A DNA stretch of 64,000 nt from Thermoplasmatota archaeon. GTDB lineage: Archaea; Thermoplasmatota; E2; DHVEG-1. The position numbers and the translations under genes were made by a program. The stretch is from positions 11,926 to 75,925 of the forward strand of contig JBFEOQ010000002.1 in the NCBI GenBank assembly GCA_041550515.1, given 5' to 3'. Below the pieces are notes generated by a model. It was not told the origin of the DNA and made no database searches. It saw only the letters and a list, made by a program, of their open reading frames with translations. Of the stretch, positions 1 to 8,785 are shown in pieces (position 1 is the first letter of the stretch; each line of letters begins with the position of its first letter).

Positions 1-471
1 CGCAGACGAGAAGGAAAAACTGATTACAGAAAAAGATTAGCACTTCTAAAATCAAGAAACACTAGGATTGTTATTCGTAAATCAATAAATAACACCACAA
101 TACAGTTTATAAATTACGCAGAAAAAGGAGATAATATATTAGTAACTGCTACATCTAAAGAACTTATTAAAAAATACAATTGGAATTATTCTACATCCAC
201 TATACCTGCTGCATATTTAACAGGTCTATTAGCAGGACAACGTGCAAAAAAACAAGGTATAACCCAATGTGTTCTTGATATCGGAAGATATGTTCCTGTC
301 ACCGGTTCTAAGATTTTTGCAAGTCTAAAAGGTGTAATAGATGCAGGAGTAAAATGCCCTTATAACGAAGAAAAAAATCCATCAGAAGAAAGAATCACAG
401 GTCAACATCTAGATAAAAATATACAAAACGACATAAATACTATTAAAGACAAAATCATTGGAGGGAAATAA
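1..471 (+). CDS. rpl18: 50S ribosomal protein uL18 (L18P), 5'-truncated by window edge
   Basis: Frame 1 is open from nt 1 (RRREGKTDYRKRLALLKSR...GVIDAGVKCPY). Stop TAA at 469-471 overlaps the S5 ATG. Conserved L18-S5-L30 order. Confidence 0.9.
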   Translation, partial: RRREGKTDYRKRLALLKSRNTRIVIRKSINNTTIQFINYAEKGDNILVTATSKELIKKYNWNYSTSTIPAAYLTGLLAGQRAKKQGITQCVLDIGRYVPVTGSKIFASLKGVIDAGVKCPYNEEKNPSEERITGQHLDKNIQNDINTIKDKIIGGK

Positions 472-1220
472 TGCGACAAAGACGACAAAAAAAACCTATT
501 AAATCAGAACCACAAACAGTTAATTGGGAACCAAAAACTCGACTTGGAAAATTAATAAAAAGTGGTCAAATAAATACTATGTCAGATGCTCTTAAAAGTG
601 GTTTACCTTTACGAGAACCTGAAGTAGTAGATATATTGCTAACAGAATTAAAAGATGAAGTAATAGATGTTAATATGGTTCAGCGTATGACTGACTCAGG
701 TCGACGTGTAAAATTTGTAATCTCAGTTGCAGTTGGTAATAATGATGGTTTTATTGGATTTGGCCAAGCTAAAGGAAAAGAGGTTGGAAGCAGTATCCGT
801 AAAGCAATAGAAAATGCAAAATTAAATATGATAGAAATAAGAAGGGGATGCGGATCTTGGCAATGTGGATGTAGAAAGCCACATACTGTTCCATACACTA
901 TTACTGGAAAAAGTGGAAGTGTAGAAATAACACTTAAACCAGCCCCACGTGGTATAGGACTTGCAACTGCAAATGTGGCAAAAAAAATACTAACTCTTGC
1001 AGGTATTAAAGATTGCTGGGCTTTTACACGTGGAAAAACTAAAACCACTGTCAATTACGCAAAAGCTGTTTTTAAAGCTCTTGAAAAAAATGCAGAAATG
1101 CGAGTAATACCCTATCAAATTAAAAAAATAGGAATATTATCAGGTAGTATTGGACCAATTGAACAAAAAGATATAGCTTTAAATAACACTGATAAAACAG
1201 AAGCCAAGGAGGCAAGCTAG
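471..1220 (+). CDS. rps5: 30S ribosomal protein uS5
   Basis: Tracked ORF with typical S5 core (VGNNDGFIGFGQAKGKEV, GIGLATANVAKKIL). GGAGGG SD upstream. Sits in the spc-operon position. Confidence 0.95.
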   Translation: MRQRRQKKPIKSEPQTVNWEPKTRLGKLIKSGQINTMSDALKSGLPLREPEVVDILLTELKDEVIDVNMVQRMTDSGRRVKFVISVAVGNNDGFIGFGQAKGKEVGSSIRKAIENAKLNMIEIRRGCGSWQCGCRKPHTVPYTITGKSGSVEITLKPAPRGIGLATANVAKKILTLAGIKDCWAFTRGKTKTTVNYAKAVFKALEKNAEMRVIPYQIKKIGILSGSIGPIEQKDIALNNTDKTEAKEAS

Positions 1221-1222
1221 AT

Positions 1223-1693
1223 ATGACATACGCTATAATAAGGGTTCGTGGAACTGTAAATATTAAACCAAATATAAAAAAAACCTTACAATTATTAAAT
1301 CTAAAAAGAGTAAATCATTGTGTTTTAACCGAAGAGACACCTAGTACTAAAGGTATGTTACAGATTGTTAAGGACTATGTAACATGGGGCGAAGTAGAAA
1401 AAGATACTCTTACTAAGCTAATAAAAGAAAAAGGTCGTTTAGAAGGTGAAAAACCAATAACTGAAGATTATTTAAAATCTGTAACTTCTTATAATGATAT
1501 AGAAAAACTTGTTGAAGCAATAACTTTAAAGAAACTTAAATTCAAAGAAATTCCTAATGTTAAACCTCTTTTTAGATTAGATCCCCCAAAGAAAGGTTAT
1601 GAAAGTGTAAAAAGAGCTTATACAAAAAAAGGAACACTTGGCTATAGAGGTAAAGAAATAAATAAACTGCTTGAAAAAATGCTAAGAACATAA
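1223..1693 (+). CDS. rpl30: 50S ribosomal protein uL30
   Basis: MTYAIIRVRGTVNI... matches the archaeal L30P N-terminus. AAGGAGG SD lies inside the S5 3' end. Gene order supports the call. Confidence 0.93.
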   Translation: MTYAIIRVRGTVNIKPNIKKTLQLLNLKRVNHCVLTEETPSTKGMLQIVKDYVTWGEVEKDTLTKLIKEKGRLEGEKPITEDYLKSVTSYNDIEKLVEAITLKKLKFKEIPNVKPLFRLDPPKKGYESVKRAYTKKGTLGYRGKEINKLLEKMLRT

Positions 1694-1795
1694 AATACAT
1701 GCTTTTATATTTTTATAATTTTTTATTTTAAATATTCCAAAAAGTTTTTATATTCTAGGGTTTTTATTTAAAATATAAGAGAGGGGTAAATAACT

Positions 1796-2005
1796 ATGGA
1801 GGAAACACTTTATAATATTGAAATACATAAAGATAATATTGGCTATACTGGAAAGCTTTTTTCAGATGTAGATGGTATAAAAGAATTTAGAAACGAATTT
1901 TTGGATAAACTATTAAGAGATATAACAATTGATATGCAACTGGCTTTAGAGGAATTTTCAAATAGAACATCAGAGTATACAGATATTCAAGAAATAGTAA
2001 AATAA
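1796..2005 (+). CDS. Hypothetical small acidic protein (69 aa)
   Basis: ORF preceded by a GAGAGGGG SD-like element. I recognise no family. It occupies the slot where uL15/secY normally follow L30. Confidence 0.45.
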   Translation: MEETLYNIEIHKDNIGYTGKLFSDVDGIKEFRNEFLDKLLRDITIDMQLALEEFSNRTSEYTDIQEIVK

Positions 2006-2114
2006 ATCATTTTTTTTTAAAATTTTTATTTAAACATCCTCTTTTCAGGGATAAGTTTTTTAAATACTTGGTATATTTGGTGGTCTTACTGCTTATAAGA
2101 TATGGTGAAAAAAA

Positions 2115-2294
2115 TTGAAATATACAAGATTTGAAAAAGCACGGATTGTAGGGGCGCGTGCACTTCAGATATCAATGGGAGCTCCGACAATAATGAAACT
2201 ACCCAAAAATACTATATCGCCGATTGATATTGCAATGCTTGAGTTTAAAGAAGATGCAATACCGATAACTGTTAAAAGAGTTGAGGAAAATTAA
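2115..2294 (+). CDS. rpoK: DNA-directed RNA polymerase subunit K (Rpo6)
   Basis: Hand translation from a TTG start gives [30 protein letters not shown]...ITVKRVEEN (59 aa). The YTRFEKARI(I/V)GARALQI signature is present. Missing from the track because it is under 60 aa. Confidence 0.88.
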   Translation: MKYTRFEKARIVGARALQISMGAPTIMKLPKNTISPIDIAMLEFKEDAIPITVKRVEEN

Positions 2295-2326
2295 AAAAAA
2301 TTATTTGTTTTTAAGAGGTTTCTATT

Positions 2327-2980
2327 ATGACCAAAGAAGAAAAAATAACTGAAAAGGATAATAATATCACAACAAATAATCAAGAAACTAATATGCTGAT
2401 TTCTGAAGAAATATATATGACTTCTGGTGCACATATTGGTACACGTCAAAAAACCGCAAATATAAAAGATTTTATATATAAAGTTAGAAACGATGGTCTA
2501 TATATTATAGACGTTAAAAAAACAGATGAAAAAATTAAAACAGCTGCTAAATTTATCTCAAAATACAATCCTGAAGATGTTCTTGCTGTCTCTATAAGGC
2601 AGTATGGTCAAAAACCAGTTAAAAAAATGGGTGAATTAACAGGTATTAGAATTCTAGATGGTCGTTTTAGACCAGGAAGCCTTACAAATCCTAATGCAAA
2701 AGGCTTCTTTGAACCCTCTCTATTAGTTGTTACAGACCCACTTGCAGATCAACAAGCCCTTCATGAGGCAGAAAATATTGGAATACCTGTTATAGGTCTT
2801 TGTGATACTAATAATGAAACAAAATATTTAGATATAATAATTCCAACAAATAATAAAGGTAGACGTGCACTTGCTCTTATATATTGGCTTTTAACACGCG
2901 AAATTCTAAAGCAACAAGGAAAAATAAAAAAATATGAAGACTTCAAGACTACAGTTGAAGAATTTGAAGCAGAAATTTAA
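2327..2980 (+). CDS. rps2: 30S ribosomal protein uS2
   Basis: Core motifs GAHIGT, VTDPLADQQALHEA and IPVIGLCDTN. Follows rpoK as in the archaeal rpoN-rpoK-(eno)-rps2 cluster. Confidence 0.93.
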   Translation: MTKEEKITEKDNNITTNNQETNMLISEEIYMTSGAHIGTRQKTANIKDFIYKVRNDGLYIIDVKKTDEKIKTAAKFISKYNPEDVLAVSIRQYGQKPVKKMGELTGIRILDGRFRPGSLTNPNAKGFFEPSLLVVTDPLADQQALHEAENIGIPVIGLCDTNNETKYLDIIIPTNNKGRRALALIYWLLTREILKQQGKIKKYEDFKTTVEEFEAEI

Positions 2981-3052
2981 ATAACTTTTGTTTAATCATC
3001 TTTTATAAGATTTCATTAAAAATCTTTCAGACTTTAAAAGGTTGGATATAAT

Positions 3053-4222
3053 TTGCATATTAAGGTAAATAATAATATAATCCTTATCGGAACTGCTCAT
3101 ATCTCAAAAGAAAGCGTCGATGAAGTAAAAAAAGTTATTGAAGATAATAAGCCAGATATTGTTGCAGTTGAACTCTGTCAAAAGCGTTATGATGCTATTA
3201 CAAAAAAACAAGAATGGGAGAATACTCCAATAAATAAGCTTTTAAAGAGTGGTAATGTCTATCTTCTTCTTGCGCAAACCTTTCTGGGTAGCATACAACG
3301 AAGACTTGGTAAAGAATATGGTATTGAGCCTGGTTCAGAAATGGTTGCGGCGATTAATGAAGCAAAAAAACAAAATCTAAAGGTTGCACTTGTTGATAGA
3401 GATATCTCAATTACTCTTAAGAGAGCATGGAAAAAGATGGGTCTGCGTGAGAAATTCAGATTAATTTGGGAATTTCTTAAAGCTATGGTTGGTTATGATG
3501 AAGAAGAATTGGAAGAATTTGATCTAAAAAAAATCATGGATCAAGATGTTATATCTACAATGATGGAAGAGTTTGGTCAAATCGCTCCAAGTGTTACTAC
3601 CGTTCTGATTTATGAGAGAGATAAATATATAGCTAAAAAAATACTTGATGAAAGTAAAAAAGGAAAGGTAGTAGCAGTAGTTGGTGCAGGACACTTAAAA
3701 GGTATTCAAGAACAAATTAATAACAAATCAGAAAAAGTGGATTTAAAAGAACTTGAATACATTCCCAAAAAAAGATTTAAAATCTCAAAAATAATTGCTT
3801 ATTTAATCCCAATATTATTTGTTAGTTTACTTGCTGGATTACTGTTTTTTAGAGGAGAATCAGCTTACAATGAAATAAAAGATATTCTAATTTGGTGGTT
3901 TTTAATTAATGGTTCTCTTTCTGCATTAGGAGCCGCAATAGCTAGAGGTCATCCTTTTACTATTATCACAGCTTTTTTAGCAGCACCTCTAACATCTTTA
4001 AATCCGGCAATTGCTGCAGGATGGGTCGCAGGATTTGTAGAATCAAAATTAAGAGCACCTATGGTAAAGGATTTTAAACAATTAAGTAAATTAAGCAGCC
4101 TTAAAGATTTCTGGAATAATCGGGTAACAAGACTTCTTATGGTTGTAGCTCTTTCAAACTTAGGTAGTATGCTGGGAACATTTATTGCTGGTGGAAAAAT
4201 ATTACAAATAGCATTTGGATAA
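3053..4222 (+). CDS. TraB/PrgY-family protein with C-terminal membrane domain
   Basis: N-terminus IILIGTAHISKESVDEV...PDIVAVELC and AVVGAGHLKGI are typical of the TraB family. About 4 predicted TM helices at the C-terminus. TTG start. Confidence 0.75.
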   Translation: MHIKVNNNIILIGTAHISKESVDEVKKVIEDNKPDIVAVELCQKRYDAITKKQEWENTPINKLLKSGNVYLLLAQTFLGSIQRRLGKEYGIEPGSEMVAAINEAKKQNLKVALVDRDISITLKRAWKKMGLREKFRLIWEFLKAMVGYDEEELEEFDLKKIMDQDVISTMMEEFGQIAPSVTTVLIYERDKYIAKKILDESKKGKVVAVVGAGHLKGIQEQINNKSEKVDLKELEYIPKKRFKISKIIAYLIPILFVSLLAGLLFFRGESAYNEIKDILIWWFLINGSLSALGAAIARGHPFTIITAFLAAPLTSLNPAIAAGWVAGFVESKLRAPMVKDFKQLSKLSSLKDFWNNRVTRLLMVVALSNLGSMLGTFIAGGKILQIAFG

Positions 4223-4249
4223 AATATAATTTTCTGAGGAAAGTTTATC

Positions 4250-4957
4250 ATGCCGGATAAAAAAGTATACACATCGTTTCATGATATACCGCCTAGGGAA
4301 TATATGTATTTTCCTAAAGGGACGATGGAAGTTAGTAAACCCGGAAACTTTAGCAGAGTTGAGATTCAACATTTATTTATATCGATTTTTGTGTTAACTT
4401 TTGCTTTTGCTTTTGCACTTACTCCTTTTAATTTTTTAGATGGCTTTAATATTGATAATTTAGTCTATGGTCTTCTTTTATCATTTTTAGGAATATCAAC
4501 TGCTTTTTTCTTTCATGAAATGTCACATAAATTTACAGCACAAAAATTTGGTTTATGGGCGGAATATCGTATGTTTCTACAGGGACTTTTATTAGCTTCA
4601 GTTCTTGGTATAATTACCGGTTTTGTTTTTGCTGCTCCTGGAGCTGTAATGTTTCAAGGAGGTTCAAAAAATTATGAGACTGGAAGAATAGCAATGGCAG
4701 GTCCACTTTCAAACATTATAATTGCGTCTGTAACATTGTTTCTTTATTTATTTATTTTTTATGAAATTGAGTTAATCGGAGAAATAATTGCTTTTATTTG
4801 TTTTATTAATGCTTTTTTAGCTGTATTTAATCTTCTTCCTTTTGGACCACTTGATGGGACAAAGATAATCAGATGGAATGCTACTGTATGGGTTATATTA
4901 CTTATTTTTTCAATATTATTAATAACACAAATACTACCAAAATTTTACTTTATTTGA
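4250..4957 (+). CDS. M50-family (site-2 protease-like) membrane metalloprotease
   Basis: HEMSH (HExxH) in a TM helix plus a NLLPFGPLDG motif. Polytopic membrane protein. Confidence 0.75.
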   Translation: MPDKKVYTSFHDIPPREYMYFPKGTMEVSKPGNFSRVEIQHLFISIFVLTFAFAFALTPFNFLDGFNIDNLVYGLLLSFLGISTAFFFHEMSHKFTAQKFGLWAEYRMFLQGLLLASVLGIITGFVFAAPGAVMFQGGSKNYETGRIAMAGPLSNIIIASVTLFLYLFIFYEIELIGEIIAFICFINAFLAVFNLLPFGPLDGTKIIRWNATVWVILLIFSILLITQILPKFYFI

Positions 4958-4962
4958 TTAAA

Positions 4963-5916
4963 TTAATTTTTTCTTTTTTTAATAAATAATATAATTGCAT
5001 AAATTACAATAGCAATAATAACAAAAAATATTGAATATATTTCGATTCCAATTGGAGAAAATCCTCTATTCTGTATAATAAAATTTGCGTATACAGGTTT
5101 TCCAGTAATATTTATATTTTCTGCAAATGCAGGTGTCATTTTAACAGAGATTAAAGCTTCGCTATAATGATAACCAAAGTTCCTTGATGGATAAACTGTT
5201 AGGTATGCTGTTTCTTCAGAACCTTTTTCCTTTGCAACAATTAAAGAATCTGTAACTGTTGCAGTCCAGCCTTCAGGAATCTCTAAAATATCAAAAAGAA
5301 CTTTTGTTTCAGCATTACCATAGTTTTCTATCTCAATAGGAAATACAGCATTAGATGTTGGATCGATTCTTTTTGTAATTTCAGGTAGATTTGTTTTTAT
5401 TATTGGATAAAAAGAAGGTTTAAACGACAAATTAAAAATCTTACTATCTCCTTTGATTAAACCTAAATCGCTAATGTTTACTCTGAACTTAATAATTCCT
5501 TCTTCATATGCTGGTGCATTTTCATCAATGTGAATATAAAGTGTACAAAAAGCTTCTTCTTTTTCTGAAATATTTGTCTCAAGAAGAGTTTGATTTAATG
5601 TTACTGAGCACCAAGAAGGATGGTCAATAATTATAAGATCAATTACAGCAGAGCTTTTCAAGTAGCCTTCTAATACACCTGCACCAAATGACGCTCCTGT
5701 TATAATATTCATTGTTACTTTCAATTCTAATATGGCAATTTCATCTCTTGGTGCTATTGGAGTTGTTGGATATTCATCAGCCCATTCTAATTCAATTGTA
5801 ACAGATGCTCTATAAGGTGGTTCTAATGCTTTTGAAATTGAGGCGGAAGATATAAATAAAATTATAAGTAAAAATGAAAGAATTAATGATTTTTTGAGTT
5901 TTTTAAGATTTTTCAT
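4963..5916 (-). CDS. Secreted, C-terminally anchored surface protein, NEW3/CARDB-like beta-sandwich (paralog of 7566-8567)
   Basis: Signal peptide, many N-x-S/T sequons, the pattern IENYGNAETKVLFDILEIPEGWTATV, and a C-terminal TM plus KKRKN. Its ATG overlaps the upstream gene's stop (ATGA). Confidence 0.7.
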   Translation of the reverse strand: MKNLKKLKKSLILSFLLIILFISSASISKALEPPYRASVTIELEWADEYPTTPIAPRDEIAILELKVTMNIITGASFGAGVLEGYLKSSAVIDLIIIDHPSWCSVTLNQTLLETNISEKEEAFCTLYIHIDENAPAYEEGIIKFRVNISDLGLIKGDSKIFNLSFKPSFYPIIKTNLPEITKRIDPTSNAVFPIEIENYGNAETKVLFDILEIPEGWTATVTDSLIVAKEKGSEETAYLTVYPSRNFGYHYSEALISVKMTPAFAENINITGKPVYANFIIQNRGFSPIGIEIYSIFFVIIAIVIYAIILFIKKRKN

Positions 5917-7502
5917 AATTTCCCAAGCAATTTTCTTTTTTGTTTTTCTTCTTTCTTTTTGATTTTTAATATTAATCTTTGTTTTTGCAAATCTTCAGAT
6001 TTTTCTTTCTTCTCAATTCTGATTTCTTTTATATCTTTAGTAATAGTTACTTTTTTAGGCGTTTTTTCTGGTAATATTTTAATAAATTTTTCTTTTATAG
6101 ATAAAAATGGTTTTATTTTTTCTTTTTTTACTTCTTTTTTTTTAAATAAAATAGGTTTTACTTTTTTCCTTTTAGTTCTTTTAGGTTCAGTTAACGATTT
6201 ACAGTAACAATTATACCATAAGAGGGAAGAATTATATTCATCTTCCATCATTTTTAAAGTTTCTTCATATTTGTTTTTATCTTCTTTTATTAATTTATCA
6301 AGATATTCTTTCTCTTCAGGTACCTCCCAAGGTTTATCAGGTTTTGCACATAATCTACTAATACGCATTCTTTTCCTATATATAAAAAAAGCAATAATCA
6401 AGAAAAAAACTAATATCAATAGAATTATTCCTAAACCACTCATTTCAGATAAATATATTCCTTTTGTTTCAATAAATACTTGTCTTTCTGAGATAGTAAC
6501 ATTTTCATCATCCAAAGAGTATGTTTCAATTACTATTTCATGAAGAGTACCAAAATCAAAAGCAGATCGAGGAGCATAAACACCAAGATTTATTTCTTTT
6601 TTTTCACCTGGAGATAATGTAACATAATAAGGTGATGCTAATTTTAAATCTTTATTTTCATCTTTAAGTCTAAATCCAAAGGTATCATTATAATTACCTA
6701 GATTTTGTATTGATATAGGAATAGAAGTTATTTGATCAGGGTTTATATATACAATATCACTTGTGTCAAATCTAACTGCATGATACGGTTTGATTTTTAC
6801 TAAAATATCGACATCTTTTTTGTCTACAAAGGTTGTACCACTATATTTACCAAATCTCATTAAAACAGTAGCAGATAGGAACCACATTATTTTATATATA
6901 ATATCTGCATCTGGACCTGGTGGTGTATATAAATTACCATACGCCCATGTGTCTAAAAGTCTAACTTTAATAATTCCACTTTGAATTGGTTTACCTGATA
7001 TAGGAGGTTTTGTCAATGTAATTGATAAGTTGGTTTTTAATATTGATCCATTATCAATATTTACTCTATAAGGATCTAATACTATAAGCCAGGAGCTCTC
7101 TTCAGTACCTTTAGGATATTCTAAAACCTTAAAATTTAAAAAACGTTCAGTAAAAACTGTATTTTCTTTATCCTTATCAAAAACTTGAAAACCTTTATTC
7201 GTTTCTGTATTCCATAAACCAACTTCAACATTTTTAGTTTCATTATATCCAATTTCAATATATGGTGGATAGGCTACAATAGAGAGAAGTGAAAACCTTA
7301 TTATTATATATACATTTTTTGCTAAGAACTTACCAAAAAACCTAAAAAGATTTCCAATAGGCCCAATTTTTATCTCTTCAGGGTCATCTGTTTGGATGTT
7401 TTCCTCTGCAACTAAATCATTTGAAATAACTTGATTAAATAAAGTTAAAGTTAATATTGCAATTATGAAGAACACTGTTAATTTTTTTCTTGTTTGTATC
7501 AC
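5913..7502 (-). CDS. Type I membrane surface protein with NEW3/CARDB-like ectodomain and ~150-aa Lys/Glu-rich cytoplasmic tail
   Basis: Signal peptide and a beta-rich ectodomain (ISIQNLGNYNDTFGF...). Single TM (GLGIILLILVFFLIIAFFIY), then a highly basic low-complexity tail. Confidence 0.7.
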   Translation of the reverse strand: MIQTRKKLTVFFIIAILTLTLFNQVISNDLVAEENIQTDDPEEIKIGPIGNLFRFFGKFLAKNVYIIIRFSLLSIVAYPPYIEIGYNETKNVEVGLWNTETNKGFQVFDKDKENTVFTERFLNFKVLEYPKGTEESSWLIVLDPYRVNIDNGSILKTNLSITLTKPPISGKPIQSGIIKVRLLDTWAYGNLYTPPGPDADIIYKIMWFLSATVLMRFGKYSGTTFVDKKDVDILVKIKPYHAVRFDTSDIVYINPDQITSIPISIQNLGNYNDTFGFRLKDENKDLKLASPYYVTLSPGEKKEINLGVYAPRSAFDFGTLHEIVIETYSLDDENVTISERQVFIETKGIYLSEMSGLGIILLILVFFLIIAFFIYRKRMRISRLCAKPDKPWEVPEEKEYLDKLIKEDKNKYEETLKMMEDEYNSSLLWYNCYCKSLTEPKRTKRKKVKPILFKKKEVKKEKIKPFLSIKEKFIKILPEKTPKKVTITKDIKEIRIEKKEKSEDLQKQRLILKIKKKEEKQKRKLLGKL

Positions 7503-7565
7503 TATTTGCCTCCCATTTTTAAAAAATTTTTATATTAATTTAAAGAAAAAAATGAGAGATTAACC

Positions 7566-8567
7566 TCATTTTGGCTTGTATTTTTTCATATAATAATAAA
7601 TAAACCAGATTATCACGATTATTAGTATTAAGATGGGTAATATTATTTCACCACCTATTAAGGATATACCTCTGCTTTCTATAGAAACTGTAATTTGTTC
7701 TGTTGCACCAATGATTTTAGTATTTGTTGACCATGCTGGATAATATTCTACTTTAAAGGTGTAAGTATCATCATGATAACCAAAACTTTTTGGAGGTTTA
7801 GCAGTTAAAAAAACTGTTTCTGTTTGATCAGGAGCCAAAGTTATTTGATCTGTAACTAGGACTGTCCAATCTTTTGGTATTGTAGGGACATCAAAGTATA
7901 TTTTTGACTCACCATTTCCTAAGTTTGTGACTTTTATAGGGATTGAGGCAGTATCCATTGGTCCAATAACCTTATGCTGCATTTCTGCAATTACGTTTAG
8001 CTTTGGTGCATAATCAGGATTAATTTCTAATGTAATATCTTGATCGTATTCTTGTATTATTCCAAATTTTTCTATAAATATACCTAGTTTTATTTCACCT
8101 CTTCTAAATGCAGGTGCTTCATCATCAACAGAAATTAATAATTGGTATGAATATTGTTTAATCTGTGTTGGATCACCAGTAGGTAAAGTTAATTTAATTG
8201 TATCAGTAAAAGCAGTCACTGTACTCCACTCATTTGGATAACTATTAATCCTTATTTTCATGTCTAGTGTTCTCCCAGCATAAAAAACTTGATATAATGA
8301 TCCACCAAATGGTCCTCTTGCCAGAGAGTGAGTTATAGTTAAATCATAACTTCTTGACTCTTCGAAAGGTTTAATTGCGAGTGTCGCATTTTGAGAATTT
8401 GCCCACAGAACGTTTACTACATGAGCAAAAGAAATAAGACCACCCTGCTGAGTTTGATCGGCAGTAGTTTCCTCTGCTGAAGTTGTAGGTATAATTATCA
8501 TAAAAATGCTAAATAAAAGTATTACAAGTACTAGTGAAGTCTTAACTTTACTACTTTTTTTCATCAT
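7566..8567 (-). CDS. Secreted, C-terminally anchored surface protein, NEW3/CARDB-like (paralog of 4963-5916)
   Basis: Signal peptide, VTNLGNGESKIYFDVPTIPKDWTVLV, an FGYH motif, and a C-terminal TM plus KKYKPK. Collinear similarity to the 317-aa protein. Confidence 0.7.
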   Translation of the reverse strand: MMKKSSKVKTSLVLVILLFSIFMIIIPTTSAEETTADQTQQGGLISFAHVVNVLWANSQNATLAIKPFEESRSYDLTITHSLARGPFGGSLYQVFYAGRTLDMKIRINSYPNEWSTVTAFTDTIKLTLPTGDPTQIKQYSYQLLISVDDEAPAFRRGEIKLGIFIEKFGIIQEYDQDITLEINPDYAPKLNVIAEMQHKVIGPMDTASIPIKVTNLGNGESKIYFDVPTIPKDWTVLVTDQITLAPDQTETVFLTAKPPKSFGYHDDTYTFKVEYYPAWSTNTKIIGATEQITVSIESRGISLIGGEIILPILILIIVIIWFIYYYMKKYKPK

Positions 8568-8785
8568 TATTTATCACCATTTTTAATATTTTTGATATAT
8601 ACTTACATTTCCATTTATATAAAGATTGTTGTTCATTTCTTTCTTTTTGACTTAAACAACCCCTATATATATGATTAATTAATATATATAACTTTCATAA
8701 TATAAAACACTTTCCTAAAAATTAAAATATTTTTATTATAATTAAGGAATAAAAATTTTATCTTTAAAAAAATAAAATAAAAAAT

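Noticed and set aside
680-1054. Antisense ORF inside rps5. The same class includes 2761-2946, 3949-4272, 13226-13618, 24351-24737, 25092-25616, 36404-36748, 47682-48158, 50184-50525 and 60502-60738.
   Set aside because: These are shadow ORFs on the opposite strand of strongly supported conserved genes. Their translations are low-complexity (S/F/L/I-rich) with no recognisable motifs.
5916-6377. A/T-rich periodic-looking DNA (aaa/gaa runs) as a tandem repeat or CRISPR-like array
   Set aside because: It is the coding sequence of a Lys/Glu-rich tail, with no exact repeat unit or spacer structure. No CRISPR array was seen anywhere in the window.
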